Source: Halobacterium bonnevillei
GTDB taxonomy: Archaea > Halobacteriota > Halobacteria > Halobacteriales > Halobacteriaceae
DNA length: 40,000 bases
Direction of reading: 5' to 3'
NCBI RefSeq assembly: GCF_009831555.1
Contig: NZ_WUUU01000002.1
Location: 14,430 to 54,429, forward strand
In this document: positions 19,066 to 28,928 of the stretch, piece after piece
Layout: every line of letters begins with the position of its first letter
Position numbering within the stretch: the first letter of the stretch is position 1
Notes under the pieces: generated by a model
Databases searched by the model: none
What the model saw: only the letters and a program-made list of their open reading frames with translations
What the model was told of the DNA's origin: nothing
Position numbers and translations under genes: made by a program

Positions 19066-20017
19066 CGCCAACGGGTCCAGATGAACACACCCCACAGATA
19101 GCCCTATCGGAGGGCCACGAAGCCGCGACGGACCCCACGAGTGCCGGACAGCGGTCGGGGGAGTGCGTGGAGTCGCTGGGTCGGGTCGGTGAGTTCAGGG
19201 TCGCCACCCCGGTTTCAGCCATCAGCCGCCGATTGCGGCCCGGGTACAGTGCTCTCGATGGCTGCCCCGAATGGGTGACGTGGACGGAAGAACAGTCCAG
19301 CGGGTACGAATCGACAGGACTGAGAGTCGCTACTCGCACACAGGTGGCGGTGCGCAAGCAGACTCACCGCGCAGTGCAGGGTCTGTTTCTGTCGACTGGT
19401 CGCGGGTTCGCGAAATCGGAGGAACGAACGCACGGTTGCGCTGCCGGGGTGTGGCCCCGACAACATGTGGCAGGGTGTGTCAATGGGGTGGACCTGGATG
19501 CGAACCGTGCTCTCCTCCGGCTGGCTGTAGCACCCTCGAAACGATAAAATCGGCACATTTTCACCCCAATCTGTCGTTTCAATTGTTTGTCCGCACCGCT
19601 GTCAGCCAGCGGGCTGCGTTGCCCGCTGAATTCGATTGCCTGTGGTCAGGGTGCAGCAGTAACCCGATGATAGCAGTACGTTTCCAACAGCAGCTACCGG
19701 CGCGCCACGCGAGTCACAACTCCGCCCACTGACGCAATACTGAGTTGTTACGATGATTTTCCTAACAATGTATTGGTACGTTCGCCCCCTCTCTCGTCGG
19801 TCGGGTTTACGCTCCAGTCAGAACGCGGTGGTTCGCAAAAGACCCCCGACTGGTCGGCTGTCGCATCCGCTGCCGCCATCACTGAGTGTCTCGCTGAGTC
19901 GATCACAGCGTTCGAACTCGGTGAATCCAACAGAACCGAAGCCGAGCCAAGAATTGGTCTGGCAGGGCGTATTCTTGTACCAACGGGGATAGTCTCTGGC
20001 CGTACGCCGACGGTATC

Positions 20018-20362
20018 ATGCTCTTGGAAATCCTGCTCGGAGCCGGACTCGTTGTCGGTGCGGTCGTCGCCGCCCTCGTGGATCTGGACTGTGGGCGGCG
20101 AGCACTGCCAGCACGGAGCCGGCTCGCCTGGACACTCGGTTGCGGTGGCGGGAGTGTCGCCGGGTTTCTCGTCCCATACGTATTTTACCAAGAGCTGACA
20201 TCCCTGTACGTTCGCGTTCTCAAACCCCGGCCGATTACGGTCCACTCGCGGGAGTGGCTGGCAATCGCACTTACGACCGGCCTCACGATTTGCGCAGTGC
20301 TCGTGGGCCTGTATCTGGCTGGGAGCCGATTCCGGAACTGGACGGCGGCAGAGACGCAGTAG
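20018..20362 (+). CDS. Small hypothetical membrane protein (about 3 TM segments)
   Basis: The 114-aa product has hydrophobic segments LLEILLGAGLVVGAVVAALV, GGGSVAGFLVPYVF and LAIALTTGLTICAVLVGLYLA. Codon bias is only moderately convincing. Confidence 0.4.
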   Translation: MLLEILLGAGLVVGAVVAALVDLDCGRRALPARSRLAWTLGCGGGSVAGFLVPYVFYQELTSLYVRVLKPRPITVHSREWLAIALTTGLTICAVLVGLYLAGSRFRNWTAAETQ

Positions 20363-20388
20363 ACGCCAGATCGAGCAGTATCGCCCGC

Positions 20389-22875
20389 TCAGGTATCGTC
20401 GACGGTCGGTAGCGAAATTGTGAACGTCGTCCCCGCACCCGGTTCCGAGTCCACTCGGATTTGGCCCCCGTGGTGGGTGACGATACGTTCGCAGAGCGCG
20501 AGACCGATTCCTGTGCCCTCCTTCTCTTCGCGCGTGTGGAGTCGCTGGAAGATCTCGAAGATGCGTTCCTGGTCTTCAGGATCGATGCCGATACCGTCAT
20601 CTCGAACAGAGATCTGCCACGTCTCCCCCGCTCGTGTCGCCGAGATATGGACCCGTGGCGGCCCCTCGCCGCTGTACTCGATCGCGTTGTCGACGAGGTT
20701 CTGGAAGAGTTGACGGAGTTGGCGTTTGTCGCCTCTGACCGCCGGGAGGTCCTCGGTCGTGATTTCGGCGTCGTTGTCCTCGATCTGGAACCGGAGGTCG
20801 GCCTGCACGTCTTCGAGGACTGCCTCCAGGTCCACCGGTTCATCTGGGCTCCCCTGGGTTTCGATCCGGGAGTACTCCAGCAGGCCATCGATCATCTCGG
20901 TCATTCGATCGGCCCCATCGACTGCGAAATCGAGGTACTCCAGCGCGTCCTCGTCGAGGTCGTTCTCGTACCGACGCTCGATGAGCTGAAGATACGATGA
21001 GACCATCCGCAGTGGCTCCTGGAGGTCGTGGGAAACAGCGTACGCGAACTGTTCGAGGCGCTCGTTGGATGCATCCAGCCGTTCGACGAGTTCCTCGAGC
21101 CGTTGCTCGCGTCGTTTCCGGTCGGTGACGTCGTTTTGAACGGCGACGAACCTGTCGATTTCACCGTTCTCGTCGGTGACCGGAGCGATAGTTTGTTCGG
21201 CGTAATAGCGCTCGCCGTCTTTCCGGTGGTCCGTGATCTCCTCTTCCCAGACGTCCCCCTTCTGGATCGTCTCCCACAGCGTCTGATAGTACGTGGCCCC
21301 GTGTTCGCCTGATTGGAGGATGGTGGGCGTTTCGCCGATGGCTTCTTCGGCGGAGTATCCGGTCGTTTCCTCGAACGCTGCGTTAACGTACGTAATCTCG
21401 CCATCCGCGTCCGTCATGTAGATCGCGTGACCCGACGCCTCGACCGCGCGCTTAAACCACGAGAGTTCCCGCTCACGCAGTTTTTGTTGGGTGATGTCAG
21501 TGTAGTGTTCGATGCGGCCGCCAGCGTAGAGCCCGGACTGGATTGGCTGACTCCAGTGTTCTAACCACCGTTCGTCGTGGGTTTCGTCACCCACGATGTG
21601 GCACTCGAACTCCTCGGTGTAGCTGTTGTCCTCGTAGGCCGCAGTCACGCGGTCCGCGAACGCCTGCGGCGCTTCGAACAACCCGGCGACGTGCTCGTCT
21701 ATGACCGCCCGTTTGTGTCGTCCGAGAATCGCCTCGCGGTCGAGGTCGAAGTACTCCTCGACCGCTTCGTTGACCCACACGACGTTGAACTCCGAATCGA
21801 GGATGAACGTTCCGACGTCGGAGGTATCGAGAACGTCGTCCGTGAGTGACCGGTAGCGCTCCTCGCTCTCCCGTAGCGCGCGTTCGCGTTCCTTCCGCTC
21901 GGTGATGTCCCGGAAGTACACCGAGAGACCGGATTCGGAGGGATAGACGCGGACCATCTCCCACATTCCCAGCGGCTCGGAGTACCGTTCGAAGGAGACC
22001 GGCTCCTGGGTCGCCAGTGCCGTCTCGTACTTCGCGAAGAGCGGGTCGTCCTCGTCGACGTCAATTACCTCCCAGGGAGTCCGTCCGAGGAGTTCGCCCG
22101 CCGACGTACCGAGGTACTCCGCGGCACGGTCGTTGACGTGCTCGAACCGGAACTCGTCGTCGAGGGCGTAGAAGGCGTCATCGACCCGCTCGAAAACGTC
22201 CTCGAGTTCGGCTTCAAGCTCGTCGCGCTGGCGTTCGAGTCGCTCGGCTTGCGCCTCGAGTTGTTGCTCGTATTCGCGGCGCTCGGTCATGTCGCGGGTG
22301 ACCTTCGTGAACCCCTCGAGTTCGCCGTATTCGTTTCGGGTTGCGGTGATCGTCACGTTCGCCCAGAAGCGCGAGCCGTCCGCTCGAACGCGCCAGCCCT
22401 CGTCTTCTATCCGCCCCTCCACCGCGGCGGTTTCGAGGTTCCGCTCGGGCACGCCCGCAGCGATGTCCTCGTCGGTGTAGAACGTCGAGAAGTGCTCGCC
22501 GATAATCGCTTCGTCTTCGTAGCCTTTGATGCGTTGGGCCCCTTCGTTCCACGTTGCGACTGTGCCGTCGGGCCGGAGCACGAAGATGGCGTAGTCCTCG
22601 ACGGCACTCACGAATGCGCGGAACTGCTCATCGTCGCCCTGGAGGCCGACGTGGTGAGGCCTGTTGTTCGCCCACCAGATGGCGTTCGATTCACTCACTT
22701 GTTTCCCCCGGATTTGCTCGCGCTCGGCGAGTGCTTCCAGGTGGCGTCGAACGGTCTGCCGCGAACACTCGAACGACTCACAGACGTCCGCAGTTGATAC
22801 TGGTGCCGACTGGTGTCGGAGAACTCGCAGGACGTCATCTGGGGTGATACCGTCTCCGGGTCCAGAGGGGTCCAT
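20389..22875 (-). CDS. Sensor histidine kinase with an N-terminal wHTH, multiple PAS domains, HisKA and HATPase_c
   Basis: The 828-aa product has an N-terminal HTH (VSTADVCESFECSRQTVRRHLEALAER). Repeated PAS-like blocks follow (FYALDDEFRF..., ITYVNAAFEETTGYSAEEAIG). The H-box is FAYAVSHDLQEPLR, and the G-boxes are DDGIGI and GTGIGLA. Confidence 0.9.
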   Translation of the reverse strand: MDPSGPGDGITPDDVLRVLRHQSAPVSTADVCESFECSRQTVRRHLEALAEREQIRGKQVSESNAIWWANNRPHHVGLQGDDEQFRAFVSAVEDYAIFVLRPDGTVATWNEGAQRIKGYEDEAIIGEHFSTFYTDEDIAAGVPERNLETAAVEGRIEDEGWRVRADGSRFWANVTITATRNEYGELEGFTKVTRDMTERREYEQQLEAQAERLERQRDELEAELEDVFERVDDAFYALDDEFRFEHVNDRAAEYLGTSAGELLGRTPWEVIDVDEDDPLFAKYETALATQEPVSFERYSEPLGMWEMVRVYPSESGLSVYFRDITERKERERALRESEERYRSLTDDVLDTSDVGTFILDSEFNVVWVNEAVEEYFDLDREAILGRHKRAVIDEHVAGLFEAPQAFADRVTAAYEDNSYTEEFECHIVGDETHDERWLEHWSQPIQSGLYAGGRIEHYTDITQQKLRERELSWFKRAVEASGHAIYMTDADGEITYVNAAFEETTGYSAEEAIGETPTILQSGEHGATYYQTLWETIQKGDVWEEEITDHRKDGERYYAEQTIAPVTDENGEIDRFVAVQNDVTDRKRREQRLEELVERLDASNERLEQFAYAVSHDLQEPLRMVSSYLQLIERRYENDLDEDALEYLDFAVDGADRMTEMIDGLLEYSRIETQGSPDEPVDLEAVLEDVQADLRFQIEDNDAEITTEDLPAVRGDKRQLRQLFQNLVDNAIEYSGEGPPRVHISATRAGETWQISVRDDGIGIDPEDQERIFEIFQRLHTREEKEGTGIGLALCERIVTHHGGQIRVDSEPGAGTTFTISLPTVDDT

Positions 22876-23041
22876 TAGACCCAGGTACGAGCGCGAGGGT
22901 ATATGCGATTAGTGCCCACTCTGGGAAGGGGTCGCCAATGGATCTCCCGGTGCGGCGTGAGACGGGCGACGTCACGGTGTACAGAGTAGTGCCGCGGGCG
23001 AGTCTGTACCGGGCAGAATCGGGACGCCCCTGTCGGGCGTT

Positions 23042-23593
23042 CTATCGAAACCACCGCTGAATTGACAGAATGACGCGACGAGTCAGCGAACGCGACCGAC
23101 CACCATCCGACATCGTAGAGCGCGACCCCGACTCCGCTACGTCGTCCGTCTGCCCCTCCGCGTCGCCTCTATCGGGGTCCATCCCGTCCGGCGCCCCTCC
23201 CGGGTCCGCGAGCCGGTTCTCCGGTGAGTGAGTGTCCGGTTCGGCGCAGAATTTGCGTTCGAGGAATCCCATGATTTCGTCGTGGTGGGACTGCGTTCCA
23301 GTAACTGTGTAGTCTACTGCATCCGACCGGAGGGTGTACTCACTGTGCTCGATGGTGATTTCGCGGATATCCGGCGTCTCTTGCTCCGGATCTGCGACCC
23401 GTGACCGCAGTTCGTCTGGCCGGGGACTCACCGTGTGCTCTCCAACAAACGACTCCGTTTCAATCCGCACGCCGCCACTCGTCAGTTCGAGAACTGTACT
23501 CTCTTGGCTGCCGAGCGCCCCCTTGACGAGCGATTCTGCCATTTCAGTGTGCCCCTCCTCCAATAGATCAGAGAGACGGCTTTCTAACCCCAT
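23042..23593 (-). CDS. Hypothetical acidic protein
   Basis: The ATG at 23593 is preceded by an AT-rich stretch (aatattaagagcgtgttctatgatattactaacaaa on the coding strand). The track ORF extends to 23695. I recognise no family. Confidence 0.45.
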   Translation of the reverse strand: MGLESRLSDLLEEGHTEMAESLVKGALGSQESTVLELTSGGVRIETESFVGEHTVSPRPDELRSRVADPEQETPDIREITIEHSEYTLRSDAVDYTVTGTQSHHDEIMGFLERKFCAEPDTHSPENRLADPGGAPDGMDPDRGDAEGQTDDVAESGSRSTMSDGGRSRSLTRRVILSIQRWFR

Positions 23594-23833
23594 TTTGTTA
23601 GTAATATCATAGAACACGCTCTTAATATTTGTGACCAAATATCTCGGCGCGCCGGGACGCCGTCTGATAGGGACGGTTCGCAGAGCTACCTCCACGTCTT
23701 TCCAGCCCGCGATAGCGTGGATTACTCCGCGACACCCCGAGCCGCTTCTCGTCGCTCACCCGTCTGCCGAAAGCCCACACGCCACCGATCACCGAATCCA
23801 CCCGACGCGTCCCTCCGGAACAGGCCGGGGAAG

Positions 23834-24664
23834 CTACCCAATTTCCGGCCTGGTCTCGCGGAGGACGGCGTTGACCGCGCCGCCGAGCAAGACGACGATG
23901 CTGGCGAAGTACAGCCACGTGACAAACAGGAGAACGGCGCCGATCAACCCGTACGCTGCGTAGCGGGTGGCGTTCGCCGCGTAGATCCGGAACCCGAGCT
24001 GTAGAATCACCCACCCGCCAGCGGAGACGGCTGCCCCCGGAAGCACCTCGCGTATCGACACGTCCACCGGCGGGAGCACGTAGTAGATCGGCAGGAACGC
24101 GAGTCCGAGAACGGCGGTCAGCAGTAGCGACCCGAGAACGTTTAGAAGGGGGACGTCGAGTGGCAGGGCCGAGAGCGCGACGCCGACGGCGACCACCAGT
24201 CCGACGGCGAGCGCGATGCCGACCACCACGACGAAGCCGTTCCGGACCTGCCCGAGAAGCGACGTGTCCACGTCGTCGAGGTACAGCTCGTCGAACGCCT
24301 GGTCGAGGCCGCGAAAGAGCTTGAGGGCGCTCCAGGCCAACCCCAGGAACCCGACGACGGACGCAGTCCCTCGGCCGGACGTGCTCGTGAGCGTCTGCGT
24401 CACACTGTCCTGGCCCGCTGACGAGAGCTGCTGGCTGAGTATCCCCGTCACGCGGTCCGCCAGCGCTTCGCCACCGAGGAACGACGCGCCCGCCACAATG
24501 AGCAGTATCAGGGGGATGATTGAGACGAGCGCGTAGAAGGCGATTCCGGCCGCCAAGTACGTGAGATTGCGGTCCGCTGCGAGGACGACGGTCGCGCGGA
24601 TGGTCGCGGCAGCTCCCTCCAGGGGAGCGAGAACGTATTGGCCAATCGGAGGACCGCTGCTCAT
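23834..24664 (-). CDS. YihY/BrkB-family membrane protein
   Basis: The 276-aa product contains NLTYLAAGIAFYALVSIIPLILLIV plus further TM segments, and ends ...YFASIVVLLGGAVNAVL, as this family typically does. Confidence 0.8.
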   Translation of the reverse strand: MSSGPPIGQYVLAPLEGAAATIRATVVLAADRNLTYLAAGIAFYALVSIIPLILLIVAGASFLGGEALADRVTGILSQQLSSAGQDSVTQTLTSTSGRGTASVVGFLGLAWSALKLFRGLDQAFDELYLDDVDTSLLGQVRNGFVVVVGIALAVGLVVAVGVALSALPLDVPLLNVLGSLLLTAVLGLAFLPIYYVLPPVDVSIREVLPGAAVSAGGWVILQLGFRIYAANATRYAAYGLIGAVLLFVTWLYFASIVVLLGGAVNAVLRETRPEIG

Positions 24665-25213
24665 CGTAATTTCTATACAGAGACCACCGCTTCCGGCGGT
24701 TAGTTACTCGATGCGTATCATCGGAGGACGACGAACCCCGGGAGGGAAGGGGGCCGATATGCCGACGTTACCGGGAACAGGGCGGACGTACCGCGACCTT
24801 CGGTCGAGGACGCCCAGCCGGGCTCCAGACTGACCGCTGTCGTGACGGCCAGCCGGGTATGGTTTGTCGACGTATCTACGTGCGTATGTGAAAATCGCCT
24901 ACCGGAGCACTACAACTCGGTTTCCGCCACTGCACCCTGGGTATACGTATCACGCATCCATCACAACGCGGCGGTTCGCGCGCCAAGAATTCCGAATCCG
25001 GGAGCGACGCACGAGACCGCGAGCGCCGTGTGCGTAGACGTGCCGTCGAAAAATGGTGTGGCGCGCCCGGTTCTGCCGCTGCGCGTGAGTACCCGCAGGG
25101 CTTCGTTCCGGAGTTAGGTTTCCAGCGCGCAACGCTCGACCACGCGGGACGACGAGACGCCCGCTGGTGTCGCCGTCATCCGGACCAACCCACGTAGCGA
25201 GCGGCAGCCATCG

Positions 25214-25528
25214 TCACTTCCACGGGGTGCGCATCATTTCCGCCTGGAGTTTCGCGCCGACCTCGAGCCGTGAGTCGGTCGTCGGTCTCGCGATACAGGT
25301 GAGGACGTACCCGTCCACCCGATGGCGGTCCTTGAGCGCGCGTGGCGGCCGCGTGTACTCGATCTCGCCATCGAGCAGTCGGGCCGTACACGTTCCACAG
25401 GCGCCGTTTTGGCACCCGTACGGGAGGTCGATGCCGCAGTCCTCGGCTGCTTCGAGCACCGTCTCGTTCTCACCGACGTCGATGGATTCCTCGCTGCCGT
25501 CCCGCCAGATCAGCGTGACCGCGACCAT
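25214..25528 (-). CDS. Plant-type [2Fe-2S] ferredoxin
   Basis: The 104-aa product has the cysteine pattern YGCQNGACGTCTARL...LTCIA (C-x4-C-x2-C...C). Confidence 0.85.
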   Translation of the reverse strand: MVAVTLIWRDGSEESIDVGENETVLEAAEDCGIDLPYGCQNGACGTCTARLLDGEIEYTRPPRALKDRHRVDGYVLTCIARPTTDSRLEVGAKLQAEMMRTPWK

Positions 25529-25531
25529 CCC

Positions 25532-26944
25532 TCACTGCCAGACGTCGCTCGTACAGTCCCCGCCGGGCCAGCGGATCTCGTGCGCACGCGCTGGGCCGCC
25601 CGGCGCCTCGCCGAAGTCCACGAGGAAGTCCTCATCGAGTTCCATCCGGCCCTCCTCCGGGTAGACGTCGGCCTTCAGCATCAGCGAGCCCTCCTCACCG
25701 ATTTCGGGGAAGAACTGGTTGTCCCACGAGGAGAACAGTGAGGTCGTCCAGTAGAGCCGCCGCCCGTCGCGGGAGAGCTGGAGCATTTGCGGGGCGCCAC
25801 GGATGTCGGTCCCGGCCACCGATTGGCGGTCGCCGAACAGCCCGCCGGCCCAGATTCGGTCGACGAGCCGGGGGTTGCCCGCGTCGCTGACGTCGTACAT
25901 CCGGACATCGCCGTGGAGCCAGTTGGAGAAGTACAGGTACTGGTCGTCCAGCGACAACACGACATCCGTGATGAGTGGCGGGACCGGCATGTCCCAGTCC
26001 TCGTGCTCGCGCGATTCCTCGTCGATGACGACGTCCCAATCCCAGCGGCCGTCGGTCGTCTCGTAGAAGCGGATGACATTCGAGGAGAGGGCCGCCCCGA
26101 CGTACCCCTGGGTTTCCTCGGGATTGTGGCTCATCCTGACCTCCAACGGGATCAGTCCCGGCTCGCCGAACTCGAGTGTCTGGACGTGCGACCGGTCCTC
26201 CCAGTCCCAGATGTGGATGCTGTCGCCGTACTTCCCAGCCTCGACGTCCTCGAGGTCGAATCCGGGATAGTAGGTGTTCGGGGCGGCCCACTCGCTGGAG
26301 ATGAGGACGTCGTGCCGTGGCTGGTACCAGTAGTCGTAGTTCAGCTCCATGGCGCCCCGATCGACCTCCCAGTGGCCGTCGATGCTGAAGTCCTCCTGGT
26401 CGAGTTGCAGGAAGCCCCCGGGGAGCTCACCGTTTGCGTCCCCGAGCATACTGATGACGACTTTGCCTCCGGGGACGCAATGGACGGTATGGGGGGCCGA
26501 CAAATCGTGTTCGTAGACCTCCTCCGGTTCGATCACCTTCACCATCTCCGGGTTTCGTGGGTCCTCGGCATCGATGACGTGTATCCGGGAGGAGCGCTGT
26601 CCGGGGACGACCAGATATTGCCGGGACAGGTGTTCGTCGTGGCAGGACGACGAACACGCGTTCCACCCGAAGTGGTGGAGTTCGTCACCCTTGTTGGGCA
26701 TCTCGACGACGTCGATTAGCTCGCTGTACGTATCCGAACTCGGATCGACGTCGACGACGCCGACAATGTCAGGCCCGTCGTTCTCCATCCCGACCCGTGG
26801 AGCCATAACGTACGCCGTTTTCTCCCGTCCAGATTCCGTGCGCATCGCCATCGGCGTCGGGTACCCCGGCCCCTCGACCTCGTGGTGTTCGTGCCCCATC
26901 TCTGCGTGACTCGGAGACCCCTCAGTTCCGTTCATATGCAGCAC
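25532..26944 (-). CDS. Selenium-binding protein family (SBP56; methanethiol-oxidase-like)
   Basis: The 470-aa product contains GPGYPTPMAM...DELHHFGWNACSSSCH...RIHVID...YDYWYQPRH.., which is characteristic of SBP56. The GTG at 26944 or the ATG at 26935 could be the start. An AT-rich TATA-like box at about 26955-26975 lies just upstream. Confidence 0.9.
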   Translation of the reverse strand: MLHMNGTEGSPSHAEMGHEHHEVEGPGYPTPMAMRTESGREKTAYVMAPRVGMENDGPDIVGVVDVDPSSDTYSELIDVVEMPNKGDELHHFGWNACSSSCHDEHLSRQYLVVPGQRSSRIHVIDAEDPRNPEMVKVIEPEEVYEHDLSAPHTVHCVPGGKVVISMLGDANGELPGGFLQLDQEDFSIDGHWEVDRGAMELNYDYWYQPRHDVLISSEWAAPNTYYPGFDLEDVEAGKYGDSIHIWDWEDRSHVQTLEFGEPGLIPLEVRMSHNPEETQGYVGAALSSNVIRFYETTDGRWDWDVVIDEESREHEDWDMPVPPLITDVVLSLDDQYLYFSNWLHGDVRMYDVSDAGNPRLVDRIWAGGLFGDRQSVAGTDIRGAPQMLQLSRDGRRLYWTTSLFSSWDNQFFPEIGEEGSLMLKADVYPEEGRMELDEDFLVDFGEAPGGPARAHEIRWPGGDCTSDVWQ

Positions 26945-27658
26945 AAATATTGTTAATGAATTATAATAAAGGTTCCCTCAACGGTGGGGGGAGAGCCTGG
27001 CAGGTTCGACGGTATCGCACCCCGAACACAGGTACTCGGAAGGATTCGCCAACGAATCGGAAATGTCGATTTCGACGTCGATCCGGCCTCCACATCCAGG
27101 ACCCCCGGGGTCCTGGATCGGCCGTGATTCCTCTGCGCCGGGTGTTCCACGACCCCCCACATCTATCAAATATATTACCATTTCAAGTCGTGGGTTGGCA
27201 CCGTTCACAGAACCCAGGCGGACGCACCACCGATGTAGTCGTCACCGTGGATCGCGAGGACGTCGTCGAAAGCTTCGGCGGGCACGGCTTCCTGCTGGTC
27301 CTCGACGGGCACGTGGTGTATGTCTCCTGGAGGGTCTCGACGAAGTGGTTGACAGTGGCTCAGTTCAGGGCTGTCTCAGCCATCTGATACCCAGACTAGT
27401 CTCAGAGAAGAATGGTGAGATGGTGTCGACACCCGTAGTTGGGAGAGCCGCCACCGCGGGTTCGAATCACTGCCGCCACGCCCGTATCAAACCAACCGAT
27501 GCTAGAAACGGACCCACTAGTTCGCACGACGCTGCAAACACCGACCGTAGCTGTTAGACCCCGGCCGTACATTCACAGACCCACCTCGAAGTCGCTCCAG
27601 CGTCGGAGAACGCGGATTAATCCGCGATACACCCGGCTACTTCTCACGGTTCACTCGT

Positions 27659-27790
27659 CGAACGAACGCACCCGGTCCCACCGTCGCTGAAATATCACAC
27701 CGCCTCCTCGCGCCCAGGTGCGGGCACGACGGGCGTTCGTTCGACCGATGAACGAATCGTCCCTGCAGGCGTGAGACGGCGATAGTCGAG
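27659..27790 (+). repeat. Island repeat, copy C (about 130 nt); ends in the conserved block gaacgaatcgtccNtNNNggcgtgagacggc
   Basis: I aligned this copy by eye to 29514..29670. Shared blocks are cgaacgaa..cac, gggc(a/g)cga(c/a)(g/a)ggcgttcgtt, a TTCGTT/AACGAA stem, and gaacgaatcgtcc...ggcgtgagacggc. Confidence 0.7.
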
Positions 27791-27926
27791 TGATTCAGAA
27801 ACAGACCCAGTTGAGCACTGAGTCGGTGTGAAGAGGATACATAGAACACAGTTGTTACCGGGATTCTCTGGTTTGTCTGGCCCCCGTGTGGCAAATTTTT
27901 AACCCATCGGCGGTAACTGCGACTGT

Positions 27927-28685
27927 ATGCCTTCTCGCGGGTCAGTACTCCTTGAGGAGATGGTATGGCCAGACGTCGAATCGGCGCTCGAAGACGGAAC
28001 GCGGACGGCGATCGTGTCCGTCGGCTCGTTGGAGCAGCACGGACCACATCTCCCGTTGAACATGGACACGCTGGACGGTGACGAACTCTCACGCCGGATT
28101 GCAGCGAAACTGGGGGATGCACTTGCTGCACCGACGATTCGCCCCGGCTGCTCGGGACACCACATGGAGTTCCCGGGCACCATCACCGTCCCGCCCGAGA
28201 CACTGATGGACGTGGTACGGGCGTACTGCCGGTCACTCGACGAACACGGCTTCGAACACATCGTCTTGGTCCCGACTCACGGTGGGAACTTCGGCCCGGT
28301 CAAGACCGTAGCCCCTGACGTCGCCCGGGAGATCGATGCTACCGTGATTCCCCTCGCTGACCTCGACGAGCACATGCAGTTACTGAACGACGGCCTCAGC
28401 GAGGCGGGAATCGACTACGAACAGGACGTGATCCACGCGGGCGCAGCCGAAACGGCGGTGATGCTGGCGGTGAATGAGGACCTCGTCAGGCTGGAAAATG
28501 TCGAGGTTGGTCCTGAAGGCGACATCTCTACCGCCCGCCTGCTGAGCCGGGGGTTCAAGTCGATTACCGAAAACGGCGTGCTCGGCGACCCGACCGAAGC
28601 CACCGCTGAAGCCGGCGAAACCATCATTCAGAACGTGGTAGACACCTACGTTGACCACATCGAGAACGAACGTCGCTCAGTCTGA
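27927..28685 (+). CDS. Creatininase-family amidohydrolase
   Basis: The 252-aa product contains TAIVSVGSLEQHGPHLPLNMD...CSGHHMEFPGTITV...IVLVPTHGGN, matching the metal-ligand pattern of the creatininase family. Confidence 0.85.
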   Translation: MPSRGSVLLEEMVWPDVESALEDGTRTAIVSVGSLEQHGPHLPLNMDTLDGDELSRRIAAKLGDALAAPTIRPGCSGHHMEFPGTITVPPETLMDVVRAYCRSLDEHGFEHIVLVPTHGGNFGPVKTVAPDVAREIDATVIPLADLDEHMQLLNDGLSEAGIDYEQDVIHAGAAETAVMLAVNEDLVRLENVEVGPEGDISTARLLSRGFKSITENGVLGDPTEATAEAGETIIQNVVDTYVDHIENERRSV

Positions 28686-28762
28686 CTACAGTTCTCTACC
28701 CGGGCGAGTTCCCAGCGCCCGTTCGGTACTGAGCCAAGACCAGCACCGGACTGACCGGCCGA

Positions 28763-28903
28763 CTACTCGTCTTCGAGCGCTTCGTAGACATCGCGGTTGG
28801 CCTCCCGGTCGGCCGCCGCCACGCGTCGCACCAGTTCGTGGCGGATGTCCGCCATCACCGCATCAAGCGGCGACCCGGCCTCGGCCTCCTCTTCAGTTGC
28901 CAT
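28763..28903 (-). CDS. Possible 46-aa acidic small protein directly downstream of the Doc toxin gene (speculative partner or antitoxin)
   Basis: My hand translation reads MATEEEAEAGSPLDAVMADIRHELVRRVAAADREANRDVYEALEDE. It starts at an ATG, has high GC3, and begins 25 nt after the Doc stop. It is below the length cut-off of the ORF track. Confidence 0.3.
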   Translation of the reverse strand: MATEEEAEAGSPLDAVMADIRHELVRRVAAADREANRDVYEALEDE

Positions 28904-28928
28904 ACCCTCACTAGGACGCTGGATGTCG

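Noticed and set aside
19096-19750. RNase P RNA or SRP (7S) RNA in the ORF-poor region
   Set aside because: I looked on both strands for the universal RNase P blocks (GAGGAAAGUCC, ACAGAAnnCGGCUUA) and for the SRP helix-8 GGAA/AGCA motifs. I found only loose resemblances (ggaagaacagtcc, acagaaacagaccc). That is not enough to make the call.
19748-20245. ORF 19748..20245(-), 165 aa, and the overlapping plus-strand ORFs 19753..19992 and 19773..20198
   Set aside because: These frames overlap one another, show no recognisable motifs and have mixed codon bias. Only the 20018..20362(+) membrane protein had a coherent hydrophobic pattern, and I kept it at low confidence.
26950-27387. ORF 26950..27387(+), whose last 50 codons (..TDVVVTVDREDVVESFGGHGFLLVLDGHVVYVSWRV...) show protein-like, high-GC3 coding character
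   Set aside because: The upstream two thirds are Arg/Pro-rich and overlap the AT-rich promoter region of the SBP56 gene. The only start near the good-looking part is an internal GTG, which would give about 46 aa with no recognisable family. It may be a gene remnant at the island edge, but the evidence is too weak to list as a feature.
27440-27480. tRNA-like fragment (gtagttgggagagccgccaccgcgggttcgaatcactgcc), with a second GGGTTCGAATC at about 29795-29808
   Set aside because: The GGTTCGAATC T-loop-like string is present, but the flanking bases do not form a T-stem (GCGGG against CACTG). There is no anticodon arm and no acceptor stem. An 11-mer recurring twice in 40 kb is expected by chance. 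It could still be a decayed att remnant, but this cannot be supported from the sequence alone.
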